From contig NC_083411.1 of the NCBI RefSeq assembly GCF_020745735.1, positions 87,158,328-87,222,327 of the forward strand: a DNA stretch of 64,000 nucleotides, given 5' to 3'. How positions within the stretch are numbered: the stretch's first letter is position 1; every line of letters starts with the position of its first letter. The notes below the pieces were generated by a model. The model was not told the origin of the DNA. It searched no databases and was given only the letters and a program-made list of their open reading frames with translations. Origin of the DNA: Hemiscyllium ocellatum (lineage: Eukaryota). The position numbers and the translations under genes are program-made. This document shows positions 49,732 through 62,101 of the stretch, one piece after another.

Positions 49732-52275
49732 GGTTGAAAAGTGTTGTGCTGGAAAAGCGCAGCAGGCTGGGCAGCATCCGAGGAGCAGGAGAATCGACGT
49801 TTCGGGCACAACCCCTCCTTCAGGGATGAGGCTGGTGTGCCAAGTGGGCTGAGATAAAAGGGGGGGGGGGCACTGGGCATACAATAGGTGGAAGGAGGTG
49901 AGGGTGATAGGCCGGAGAGGGGGTGGGGGCGAAGAGGTCGGGAAGAAGATTGCAGGTCAAGAGGACGGCGCTGAACCCAGGGGTTGGGGCTGAAATAAGG
50001 TGGGAGGAGGGGAAATAAGGAAGCTGGAAAAATCTATATTCATCCCGTGTGGTTGGAGGGTTCCTAGGTGGAAGATGAGGCGCTCTTCCTCCAGGTGTCG
50101 TGCGGCCAGGGTCTGGCGATGGTGGAGGCCAAAGACCTGCATGTCCTTGGCGGAGTTGGAGGGGGAGTTAAAGTGTTCAGCCATGGGGTGGTTGTGTTGG
50201 TTGGTGCAGTTGTCCCAGAAGTGTTCCCCGAAACGTTCCCCAAGTAGGTGGCCTGTCTCCCCAATGTAGAGGAGACCACATCAGGTGCAGCGGATACAGT
50301 AAATGATGTGTGTGGAGGTGCAGGTGAATTTGCGATAGATATGGAAGGATCCTTTGGGGCCGAGGGGGGGAGGTTGGGCGCAAGTTTTGCATTTTTTGCG
50401 GTTGCAGGGGAAGGTGCCGGGAGTGGAGGTTGGGTTGGTGGGGGGTGTGGACCTGACGAGGGAGTCGCGGAGGGAGTGGTCTCTCTGAAACGCTGATGGG
50501 GTGGGGAGGGAAATATATCCCTGGTGGTGGGGTCTGTTTGGTGGAAATGATGATACGATGTATCTGGAGGTTGGTGGGGTGGAAGGTGAGGACCAGTGGG
50601 GTTCTGTCCTGGTGGCGATTGGAGGGGCGGGGTTCAAGGGCGGAGGGGCGGGAAGTGGAGGAGATGCAATGGAGAGCATGTCAACCACGTTGGAAGAGAA
50701 ATTGTGGCCTTTGAAGGAGGCCATTTGGTCGGATAATTGGTCCTCCTAGGAGCAGATGCGGCGGAGACGAAGGAATTGGGAATATGGGATGGCATTTTTA
50801 CAGGGGGCAGTGTGGGAGGAGGTGTAATCAAGATAGCTGTGGGAGTCGGTTGCCCAAGATAGAAATAGAGAGGTCTTGGAAGGTGAGGGTGGAGTCTGAG
50901 ATGGTCCAGGTAAATTTGAGGTCAGGGTGGAAGGTGTTAGTAAAATGGATGAACTGTTCAACCTCCTCATGGGAGCACGAGATAGCGCCAATACAATCAT
51001 CAATGTAGCGGAGGAAAAGGTGGGGATGGTGCCAGTGTAGCTGCAGAAGATGGACCGCATATCCGACGAAGAAGCAGGCATAGCTGGGGCCCATGCGGGT
51101 GCCCATGGCTACTCCTTTGGTTTGGAGGAAGTGGGAGGATTGGAAGGAGAAGTTGTTAAGAGTGAGGACCAGTTCAGTCAGCCTACCCTGCCCCCTGTAA
51201 AAATGCCATCCCATATTCCCAATTCCTTAGCATCCGCCGCATCTGCTCCCAGGAGGACCAATTCCACTACCGAACAGCCCAAACGCCCTCCTTCTTCAAA
51301 GACCGCAATTTCCCCTCCGACATGGTCGACGATGCTGTCCACCGCATCTCCTGCACTTCCCGCACCTCCGCCCTTGAACCCCGCCCCTCCAATCGCCACC
51401 AGGACAGAACCCCACTGGTCCTTACCTTCCACCCCACCAACCTCCGGATACATCGTATCATCCTCCATCATTTCCGCCACCTCCAAACAGACCCCACCAC
51501 CAAAGATATATTTCCCTCCCCACCCCAATCAGCGTTCCAGACAGACCACGACCTCCGCATCTCCCTCATTAGGTCCACACCCCTCGCCAACCCAACCTCC
51601 ACCCCCAGCACCTTCCCCTGCAACCACAAGAAGTGCAAAATTTGCACCCTCACCTCCCTCCAAGGCTCCACTGGATCCTTCCATATCCGTCGCAAATTCA
51701 CCTGCACCTCCACACACATCATTTACTGTATCCGCTGCACCTAATGCGGTTTCCTCTACATTGGGGAGACAGGCCGCCTACTTGCGGAACGTTTCAGGGA
51801 ACACCTCTTTGACAACTGCACCAACCAACCCAACCGCCCCGTGGCTGAACACTTTAACTCCCCCTCCAACTCCGCCAAGGACATGCAGGTCCTTGGCCTC
51901 CTCCATCACCAGACCCTGCCCAAACGACGCCTGGAGGAAGAGCGCCTTATCTTCTGCCTAGGAACCCTCCAACCACACGGGATGAATGTAGATTTCTCCA
52001 GCTTCCTCATTTCCCCCTCCCCCCACCTTATCTCAGTCCCAACCCCTGGATTCAGCACCGTCCTCTTGTATTCCCAGTGCTCCCCCCCCCCCGCCCCCCC
52101 CCCCCACCCCATCTTTTATCTCAGCCCACTTGGCACACCAGCCTCATTCCTGAAGAAGAGGTTATGCCCGAAACGTCAATTTCCTGCTCCTCGGATGCTG
52201 CCTGGCCTGCTGTGCTTTTCCAGCACCACACTTTTCAACTCTGGTCTCCAGCATCTGCAATCCTCACTTTCTCCT
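49732..52275. mobile_element. Penelope-like (Neptune-type) fold-back insertion: - strand copy 49732-51180 and + strand copy 51181-52275
   Basis: GVAMGTRMGPSYA, FLRYIDD, IIYCIRC; perfect 15-bp TSD AGAAAAACAAATATG 49717-49731 / 52276-52290. Confidence 0.92.
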
Positions 52276-52929
52276 AGAAAAACAAATATGTTTTACATGA
52301 ATAAACTTCCACCAGAACTCAAATGTATGGAACTTATACTTTACCCAATTCATTGTACTCCCATCAACACCAATAAAGTGCAGTAACCAAAACAGAATGC
52401 AATCTTATCAAGGTTCTGCACTATATATCATAACTTCCTAAATTTTTTATTCCAATTCCCTTGAGATAAAATCCAACATTATATTCATTTTATGTTATAT
52501 CTGTACTAGCTTTTAATGAATTACATAGATGGACATCTAAATCACTTCACTGCTGAACTTTTCCCAGTCAATCGCCATTAACAAAATATTTGGAACTGAC
52601 TTCCTCAGATCCAAAGTGGACAACTTCATACATCCAACTGCTAGTTTTACCCACTCAGTTTAGTCTGCATATATGCTTCTTCAATTTACTGCTCTCAGTT
52701 AAACAGATGATGTTTTTGTCTATTTTATTAATATGCTACTCACACTTCCAAAAGACACGTCTTTTGTCTCTTACTTGACTGTCCTCCCTTTCACTCTCAA
52801 AATTTATTAAATATTTTAATTTTACCTAATTTAAGTGAAAGATCATTGACTAGAAATACAACATCTTTCTTTACAAATGCTGCCAGAGCTTCTTGGCATT
52901 CCCAGTATTTTGTTTGTATTGAGCAAGTT

Positions 52930-55180
52930 ACTTAATTCCCAACCAAATGTCACATATAACTGTGGATATCCAACTCTATTCCTTCAAACAAACAACAAAT
53001 CAAGAACAGATAGACGCGGTAGAACGAGCCGTAAATAACAAAAAACGACAAACACAGAAAAAGAAAAATCGGGACCTGAAGAAAAAACTTGACAAACTCA
53101 CAAACAAAGACAAAACCGATAACACAGGGGCATGGATAAAGAACTTATCAGTCCGGACCCTATCAGACACAGAAAAAGCGGTACTAGTAAAAAGACTAAA
53201 CTTCAATTACTGAGACGCTGACAAGAAGGATTTCCTAGCAGCATTAAAAACCACAGTGAAGGACAACAAACTCACGGAAGAAACACAACAAGCGATCAGA
53301 CAGACAGTTGCACCTACTCTGAGCTGAAAGAGGGAAGGAAACAAACTGAACACACAAGAAAAGAAAGCCCTAGAAAACCTCAAAAAGACAAAAACATCAT
53401 TATATTACCGGCAGACAAAGGTCGGCTCACAGTCATCCTGAACAGAAGGGACTACATAGAGAAAGCACTACTCGCAAACACCAAAACCTACCAACAGGTG
53501 GTGCTAGACCCGACCCCACAACTCGGAAACGAAATTACATATCTCCTAAGAAAATTACACAATTCCAGACAATTAATCAAGACAGAATTCCAAAAAAATG
53601 AAACCAGATGGGACCAACACCCCACGATTCTACGGACTACCAAAAATCCATAAACTAGGAGCCCCCCTCAGACCCATAGTCTCACTACCCGGAACACCAA
53701 CTTGCAGACTGGCCAAAGAAGTACATGCAAGACTGAAGTACCTAGTAGAAGAGGCAAGCATTCCATCCTCTCTACCCAGGAATTCCTAAAAATCATCAAA
53801 AACACCAAAATTGAGGAAGACGAAACAATGATCTCATTCGACGTAACAGCACTATTCACCTCCATCAACATTGACCTGGCAAAGGAAACACTTACCACAC
53901 TTTTAGAAGAGACCATCACACACACCAAACACCATCAATCACATTACCAACGAAAACATCATGAAGCTAGTGGACCTGTGCCTCGTCACCCACTTCACTT
54001 TCAACAACATAGTCTACAAACAAACCAACAGCACACCTGTGGGATCTCCGTTATCAGGATTCATAGCAGAAGCGGTAATGCAAAGACTAGAACAAACAGC
54101 CCTACCAACCATCAAACCAAAAATCTGGGTCCGCTATATAGATGACACCTTTGTCATCACAAAACGAAACAAGATAAGAAGAGATATTTAACATCATCAA
54201 CAACACCCTCACAGGCATAAAGATCACCAAGGAGGAGGAAACTGACAACAAACTCGCATTTCTGAACGTCACAGTAGAAAGAAAGGACAAGGGAGAATTA
54301 CAAACTGCGTATACAGAAAACCGACAAACACTGACCAAATACTTAACTACACCAGCAACCATCCCAACATACACAAACGAAACTATATCAGAACACTACT
54401 CCAACGAGCCACCTCACACTGCAGCACAGATGAACTTTGGAAAACAGAGGAGAACCACCTATACAACGTATTCAAGAAGAATGGATACTCAAACAATACA
54501 GTCCGCAGATTCCTCAAGAACAAACCACGACAAGCAGACCAAACACAGCCAGAAACCCTAATCACCTTATCATACATCAAAGAAGTTTCAGAAATGACAG
54601 CCAGATTACCAAGACCCCTCGGAATCCTAGTAGCACACACACCCACCAACACTCTCAAACAAAAACGAACAAACTTAAAAGACCCAGTACAACCCATGGA
54701 CAAAACCAACGTTGCCTATAAAATTCCATGCAAGGACGCCACAAACACTACGTAGGACAAGCAGGAAGAAAGTTAGCCACCAGGATGCACGAAAACCAGC
54801 TAGCCACAAAAAGACACGACCCTCTCTCCCTCATGGCCCTACACATGGAGGAAAAAAAACCACTATTTCGACTGGGACAACACATCTATCCTGGGACAGG
54901 CTATGTAAAGACATGCCAGAGAATTCCTGGAGGCCTGGCACTCCAACCACAACGCCATTAACAAACACATTGACCTAGATACCATCTAACAACCCCTCAG
55001 AAAACAAACAGGAAATGACATCACCACAAACCCCAGGAACCCCATCCAGGACAAACATATAAACAGAAGGCAGGAGACAACAGCTTCGCTTCACTTGGAG
55101 GTCGCCACTGATGATGTTACCTAGCCAGGTAATGAAACATCTGGATTTCAAACCTCCAGCTCAGCGAGCAAACCTACCCC
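52930..55180 (+). mobile_element. Penelope-like element (Poseidon-type), RT + GIY-YIG, frameshifted
   Basis: PRFYGLPKIHK, SFDVTALFTSI, PVGSPLSGFIA, WVRYIDDTF, HYVGQAGR; hammerhead core ~55108-55137. Confidence 0.92.
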
Positions 55181-57119
55181 CCCCCCCCCCCCAAATTCCT
55201 TCGAGTTATTAATTTGTGTGTAGTGAATAGCCAGACATTAACCATATACTTTGGGTTATTTGTCCAAATGTTGAGTAACTCTAACTTTGATAATGGATTC
55301 CAGTAAGTTTACAACTGATATTAAATTGACAGTTCTAGTATTTTCCCATTTTACAACAATTGAGTAACATTTAGAATTTTCTAAGCCAAAGGTACATTCC
55401 AAAATTGAAATTTCGTTGACTACCCTGTCACTCAAATATTCAGGTTCGGGAAATGAATTGTTTGTTACTTTATTACCATTAGTTTACTTAAATTCACTAA
55501 GTTCCTTACCTTGCCTTGTTTTTCAGTTTCCTTGGAAAGCTGGTACTTGAACCTCTTCCTCCAATGATGAAAGTGGTTCTAAGACATTTATTTAATATGT
55601 CTTACAATCCCTGATTTTTTTTACTCTTATTTCACCTGCGTTTATCTTAAAGGGTATGCAACTCTCCTTACTTACCCACTTTGGCTTTGATATCCCTTCT
55701 AAGTTTTTGTTTTCATAGTACTTTTTGCAACTTATTACATTTCGAGTCTCACTTTGTTACTTGTAAAGCTTTCATAACCCGAGATTTTCGCGTTTTGTTG
55801 GTACTTACATAGTTGCAGAACCACTCGTGCAAAGCATTGGCTTTTTGTATTTTAGGCTGTTTTATTGCAATCAGAACTTACTTTAACACAATTAGAATTT
55901 TGTATATTTCTCATACACTTTAGTATCTGTCATTTTTATGGAACTAGATCAATTTTAAATTGTGTCTGTAAACACTTCTATAAAAGTGAGAATTATACTA
56001 TACCAAGTTTTGTCAAAAATCTGAATAGTTATAAAGTGAGATACTTGTTCTGAGATATATGCTACTTTTGATACTTTGGTGACTTAGAGCAGAAGAAACA
56101 GGAACGGGAGTAGATCGTAAGGCCCCTCAAACCTACTCTACAACTTAGTATGATCGTTGTTCATCTTCCGCGTCAGCTGCTGCAAACATTTTCTTACCCA
56201 GCAAGTTAGGATCTGAAATGCATTGCCTGAGAGTGTGGTGCAGTCAGGTTCAATTGGGCATTCAAGAGTAAATTGGTTTCTTATCTTCAAAAGGAAGAAT
56301 GCGTAGTGCTCCAGGGAGAAGGCAGATGAGTGGTACAAGTGAATTGTATCTTCAGAGAGGCAGCACAGGCATGACTGGCGGAGTGGCCTCCGGTCATGTA
56401 ACTATTCTATGATTCTATGACCATGGTCTCCAAAATGTAGATTGCTTGCTCATGTTCCCTCACTGTGTGTATCTGACAATTGCTCTCACCACACACCCAC
56501 GTTATATTGCTGCACACAGGTTGATCATCATGCCGCTGTATGACTTTCACTTTCTGAAGCCATGACTGGACAAAAATTTGTTGCATTGTGTTTCAGTTTG
56601 GTCCAGATGGACTATCATTGCAGGGCAAAGTAATTTTTGTGATGGCAATGCAAACAAACTAGCAAGAAATAGACTAGGAACTGATGTCTGACGCCAGTAT
56701 ATTAAAGTAATAGAAACACAGAAAGCTATTCAGGCCATCATATTCCTGTACATACTCCACAAGAACAGCTCAGCTATTCCAGCTCCTCTGCCCATTCTCT
56801 GTACACCTGAAGCTTCTTTCTTCAGCTGCTTATCTAACAGATGTGTGCAGGAAAAAGAAAAATTACACGAAACTCTGCCATGCACAATATCCGTTATCCA
56901 AGCAATACAAACTGACCAGGGGTCACAGACACAAATCACAACAACTGAAGTAACCTCTCATGCCTCCACCTTTGAAAGCAGAAAATTGCATTCTGGAAGT
57001 TCCAGAAGCATGGATTCAGAGGCCAACCTGTAGCTTGACCAAGGGCAGAGTGATGTGATGAACTACAAAATGAAGCAATAACAATGAGTGATGAACTAGG
57101 ACCACTGAAAAATAAACCA

Positions 57120-57790
57120 CAAAATTTTCAACTTCCGCACGGAATGGGAAAATTATTTTCTGTTAACTCTTAAAAATTAAGAGCATTTGTCTTTATGTCA
57201 TTGAAGATTACTGATATGTAAAAAGGAGGAAGTAGAACACTGCCACAATGATGCCCAGTAAAGGATAGTTTTCCTTTGAACTGCATGCTTCAGGCAAAGA
57301 AATTTGATGAACTGATGGTCATTTGCGAACTCAATCGTTTATTTTCCTAAACATGCAGCAAAAGGTAAGGCATGCATTGAAACATCAGTTCATGTTTACC
57401 TTCTCCTGGAAAAACCCAAGAAACCATTCACAGATGGAAAAGTAATTGAAGAAGCAATAACTATGGCTGCTGACTGATTATTCAGCTGTCTTGAAGAACA
57501 AAGAAGAAATAATCACAGCAATATAGAGCATACTGCTTGATGCTTACACAGTAGCAAGACAAGTGGAACTACTGTCTGAAGATATCTTACAGAAACTACA
57601 GATCCAGAGGCCAACCTGCAGCTTAACCAGCAGCAGTGATGTCATGAACCACAAGGTGTAGTTCTGATGGATTGTGAATGGTTCTCACTCCAGTTCAATC
57701 AGTCCAGCAACATGACCGACACAGCCCAGGTGATTGTTTTGTTTGCATTGTTTTTAAGAACGTAACAACTAAAAAAAACTTCTCATCTTT
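57120..57790 (+). mobile_element. Degenerate hAT (Charlie/SPIN/GTF2IRD2-like) transposase fragment
   Basis: FNFRTEWENYF, KKPFTDGKVIEEAI, CEWFSLQF..S..TDTAQ with stops and frameshifts. Confidence 0.7.
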
Positions 57791-57799
57791 TTTTGCATC

Positions 57800-58215
57800 T
57801 TAAATAGAGAAGAAGGGGTGAGATATCCACAGGATTGAAGGGATGGCCCAAGGGGGCTGAGAGCTAAATGGGAAGAGGTGAGGTTTTGTGTGTGTGTGTG
57901 TGTGGGGTGGGGGGGGGGGGGGTGAGGTAGCTGGGAATGTGATAAATAGATGAAGCTGGGGTTGAAGGTGATAGGTCAGGCAGGAGAGTGGAGTGGATAG
58001 GTGGGAAGAAAGATGGGCAGGCAAGACAGTTAAAGAGGGCAGTGCCAAGTTGGAAGGTTGGATCTGGGAGTAGCCACCCCCTTATTCCTGATGAAGGGCT
58101 TATGCTTGAAACTTCAACTCTCCTGCTCCTTGGGTACTGCCTGACTGGCTGTGCTTTTCCAGCACCACACTCTTCGATTAATATCTCCAACATCTGCAGT
58201 CATCACTTTCTCCTA
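57800..58215. mobile_element. PLE terminal segments in inverted arrangement
   Basis: G-rich - strand pseudo-LTR followed by + strand CCTGATGAAGGGCTTATGCTTGAAA and tail. Confidence 0.7.
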
Positions 58216-58849
58216 GTGAGGTATCACATCTTATTTCAAATATTCCAATTAAGAAACTAGGTCCTATCACAACTTATAGTACACCAATTAATTATGAGCT
58301 GTGTTACATTTTGCAGAAATTATCCAATTTCTCTTTTGTCAATTACCAAAAGAACAAAAGAGAAGTACAGCACAGGAATGAGCCCTTCAGCCTTCCAAGC
58401 CTCTGATCATCATGCCCTAACCAAACTATCAAACCTCTGCCCTTATTCATTCATTATCTCTCCCTATTCATACAACTATCCAGATGCTTCTTAAATGTCG
58501 CCAAAGTGCATCTTTCCACCACCTCTTCTGACAGTGTTCCAGGCTCCTACCACTCTCTGCATGAAAACCTCCCTTAAAATTGCACCTCTCACCTGTATGT
58601 ACCCCCTTGTAATTGAAACTTCAACCCTGGGAAAATGCCACGGACTATTCACCCAATCTATACCTCTCATAATTTTGTAGACCTCTGTCAGGTCTCCTCT
58701 CAGCCATCTTTCCAGTCAAAACAATCCTAGTTTTAACCTTTCTTCAGAGCCAGCCCTCAAGAACAGGCAACGTCCTGGTGACACTCAGCCACCCTGAAGC
58801 AGACCTGCTACTACAGTCACATCTCCTTCCTTAGCACCTGCCTACACAA

Positions 58850-59248
58850 CCGACAATCACTTCAACTCCTCCTCCCACTCCCCCAAGGGCATGCAAGTTC
58901 TGAGCTACCTCCACCATCAAACCATAGCCATCTGATAACTGGGAGGAAGAATACCTCATCTTCCACCTTGGGACCCTCCAACCATATGGAACCAATGTCG
59001 ATTTCATCAGTTTCTTTATTTCCCCTCCCCCACCTTATCCCAGATCCAACTCTCCAACTTGGCACCACCCTCTTGAACTGTCCTACCCCTCCCATATATA
59101 CCTCAGCTCCTTTTGGGCCCCCCACATTCCTGATGAAGAGTTTAGATTCAAAATGTTGACTCCGCTGCTCCTTGGATGCTGCCTGACTGGTTGTGCTTTT
59201 CTAGCACCACAATTTTTGACTCTGATCTCCAGCCTTCACTTTCCCCTA
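58850..59248 (+). mobile_element. PLE 3' fragment nested in CR1
   Basis: Homologous to 51840-52275; degenerate hammerhead at ~59130. Confidence 0.7.
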
Positions 59249-59757
59249 GATATCCTGGTGAATCTTCTCTGCACTCTCTCCAAAGCTTCCATGTCCTTCT
59301 AGTAGTGTGGTAACCAAAACTGCACATAGCACTCCAAATGTGGCCCAACAAAGGTTTTACAAAGCTGCAACATGGTTTGCCAACTCTTGTACTCAATGCC
59401 CTGGCCAATGAAGGCAAGCATGCTATATGCTGTCTTAATTACAAAGTCATCTGTGGACCTACACCCTTAGATTTGTCTGTATGTTAATGTTCCTCACAGT
59501 TCCACCATTTACTGGATAATTCACACCTAAATTTGATCCTCCAAAATGCAACACCTCACATTTGGCTGGATTAAACTCCAGTTGCCATTTCTGTGCCCAA
59601 GTTACCAATCCTGATGTATCCTTTCACAACTCCACCAATCTTCATGGCATCTACAAACTTACTAAGCCAATATATATTACAAACAACAGAGGACCTAACA
59701 CTGTGGTATACCAGTAGTTACCAGTGTCCTTTCTGAAAAGCACCCTTTCACCGCTAC

Positions 59758-59790
59758 CTGATGAAGGGCTTATGCTCGAAACGTCGAATT
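59758..59790 (+). ncRNA. Minimal hammerhead ribozyme motif (PLE-type)
   Basis: CTGATGA-A-GGGC(TTAT)GCTC-GAAA-CGTC; intact core but the 5' strand of stem I is replaced by host sequence. Confidence 0.6.
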
Positions 59791-59847
59791 CTCTATTCCT
59801 GAGATGCTGCCTGGTCTGCTGTGCTTTGACCAGCAACACATTTGCAG
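59759..59847 (+). mobile_element. Minimal PLE-derived insertion (hammerhead core + terminal segment)
   Basis: TSD CTTTCACCGCTACC 59745-59758 / 59848-59861; insert begins at (C)TGATGAAGGGCTTATGCTCGAAACGTC. Confidence 0.85.
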
Positions 59848-60049
59848 CTTTCACCGCTACCCTCTGTCTCCATTGAGCAAGCCAGCTTTGTATCCATCTA
59901 GCCAGCCCACCCAAAATCCCATGTGATATTTCATTCATTTGAAAACCTCTCTTCCTTTCAAACAAATGTGATACTGCCGTTTCACTGAGGTGCCATACAC
60001 CACGCACACATATATATATATATATATCTTTTTACAAAAAAAAATCATC

Positions 60050-60660
60050 GTGTAAGAAACCATAATATTCATCCAAGTTTCAAAAAGTCGTGATGTATGA
60101 GTGTGTCAGCGAGCAGCTGTTTCCTGGGATACTGAGGGCTGCGTGGGTGTTGCATTCCCATTTCGTGCAGTGCGCTGGTGCGATTCCAATGACAACGCGG
60201 CCTGTGGAGAGGAGGAGGCCGGACGCCACGTCCCGGCACACTGGCAGCTGTCGCCCCGTTTTCAAGGCGTGGCCGGCATCCATAACCTGCGCAGCCCAGT
60301 TACTGAGAGGAAAAAAAAACTCCCACTCGCTGGCGCAAAGCTGAGTCCGGGAGTGAATCCCGGCGAAGGGCAAACAGATAAAGACAGCAAGAAGGCAGCC
60401 CGGTGATTATGGCCAGGGAAAACTACAACTCCCAGAATACATCACGGCGCGGGGCAGGCACAAATCAAACTTGATCAAAGAATGGCAAACGTTGCTCAGC
60501 GATTGGCGCCTGTGCGCGGATCTCGATGTGTGTATGGTGGAGTCTGCTGTCAGTCAGTCTGGGGGTGGGGTCTGCTTGTCAGTAGGTTCGGTTGAGCGGC
60601 GCAGCGACTGAGGTGTGGGGTTTGTTCGGAGCGTGACGTGTGAGGTACGTACTGTCTATG
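60050..60660 (+). promoter_or_regulatory. CpG-island promoter and first exon of a downstream gene (likely CASP6 by synteny only)
   Basis: High GC/CpG; ACTACAACTCCCAGAA (ZNF143/THAP11-type motif) 60422-60437; inverted CCAAT 60502-60506; donor GAG|GTACGT at 60645. Confidence 0.7.
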
Positions 60661-61698
60661 TCTCCGTCTTTTGTCTTCATTAATGAAAGTCTAAAGACTG
60701 TGTTATTTACTCGAAAGCTTTTTAATATCGCAGCTGAGTGGGTTTTCAAGGTGTCTCTATTCTTGCCCTGATGATTTTGTTTTATTGCAGCATCACTCAC
60801 TTGGTACCTTTTCCTTTCCACCCTCACATTCTGGTTTCCATGGAAACCCCCTGGGATATTTAAGGGTGAAATGATATGATGCTTTCAGCAATCTCATTTT
60901 ACTGAGCTAGTCTTTATCTAAAAACAAAGCAAAAAGCCTCGTTAATAGGAAAACCTCAAGTAAAACATCCTCCTCGGATTTTTACTTGATTCTCTTTCCA
61001 TTTTCTGAGGCAGTCGTTACATTTCTTGGTCAGACCCTCGTGCGATGGTTTCTCTTAAGGTTTGTCAGTATTTTATGTAAAACATTTAGCGGGTTTTATT
61101 TTATTCTTGTTACATTATTTTGCACACAAGGTATTGTTGGAACTCCAGGATTGTTATCGTTGGAACCATTGCTCCAATAAAATGTACTGTTAGGCTATAT
61201 GGAGAATTGTAGGGTTAAACATGCCTTCCTTTCAAATTGTGTAATAAGGGTAAGTGTGCATAATTCCAGTTTTACAATTGAATATGGAAATATATTGTTG
61301 AGATTTTCTCCCTTTTCAAAAATGAGAATTTACTCTGAACAAGGTTTGTATTTGTGTGTAGCTACAGGGGAGAAGCTTGATTTTTTCTCGAAGAAAGCAT
61401 GGAGGCTAGGGTTGGCAAAGTGAGACTGGATAGGATAAAGTCTAATGGAGAGTTTTCAACACCAGAGGTTGAGCAAGCACTCCCTCAGAAATCAGAACCA
61501 ACGTAACAATATTGTAAAATGTGAATGTTTTATTTAAATAGTGCAGTTATACAGCACCTTCCAGATAGGCACTTTACAGATAGTTATGAAAACTGAATGG
61601 AAAGTATGGGAGATGACTGGAGAGTGGACCAGAATTGAAGATGCAGAGCATGAACGGGGGGACTTGTTCTGGAGAAGATAATTAAAAATCACACAATA

Positions 61699-62101
61699 CA
61701 AATGCTTTTGCTATATTTCCATTCCAATAAATTTCAATTTCAAAAATAATCGTGTTCTTCTTCAAATCCATCCACTCTACCAGAGGTACTGGTGTTGGAA
61801 TGGGGTAGACAAAAGTTAAACATCTCACACCACCTGGTTATAGTCCAACAGGTTTATTTGGAAGTATTAGCTTTCGGAGGGCTGCTCCTTTATCAGGTAG
61901 CTAGCTGACAAAGGAGCAGTGCTCCAAAAGCTAGTACTTCCAAATAAACCTGTTGGACAATAACCTTGTGGTGTGTGATGTTTAACTTTTGTCCAGCCCA
62001 TTCCAACACCAGTACCTCTGGTAGAGTGGATAGATTTGAAGAAGAACATGATTATTTTGAAATTGAAATTTATTGGAATGGAAATACAGCAAAAGCGTTT
62101 G
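61699..62101. repeat. ~400-bp imperfect palindrome with no spacer
   Basis: Arms of ~200 bp centred on TAG|CTA at 61900/61901; inner part is PLE terminus plus hammerhead, outer part is not recognisably PLE. Confidence 0.92.

Larger units (their letters stand above)
58350..59930 (-). mobile_element. CR1 fragment hosting PLE insertions
   Basis: VLGPLLFVIYI and ORF2 C-terminal homology. Confidence 0.7.

Noticed and set aside
51050-51961. 303-aa Pro/Ser/Thr-rich ORF
   Set aside because: Alternative frame of the C-rich PLE strand spanning the inversion junction, not a gene
60080-60420. Telomerase RNA or other structured ncRNA, or a short CDS, in the GC-rich block
   Set aside because: No CTAACCCT template on either strand; the ORFs are typical CpG-island artefacts
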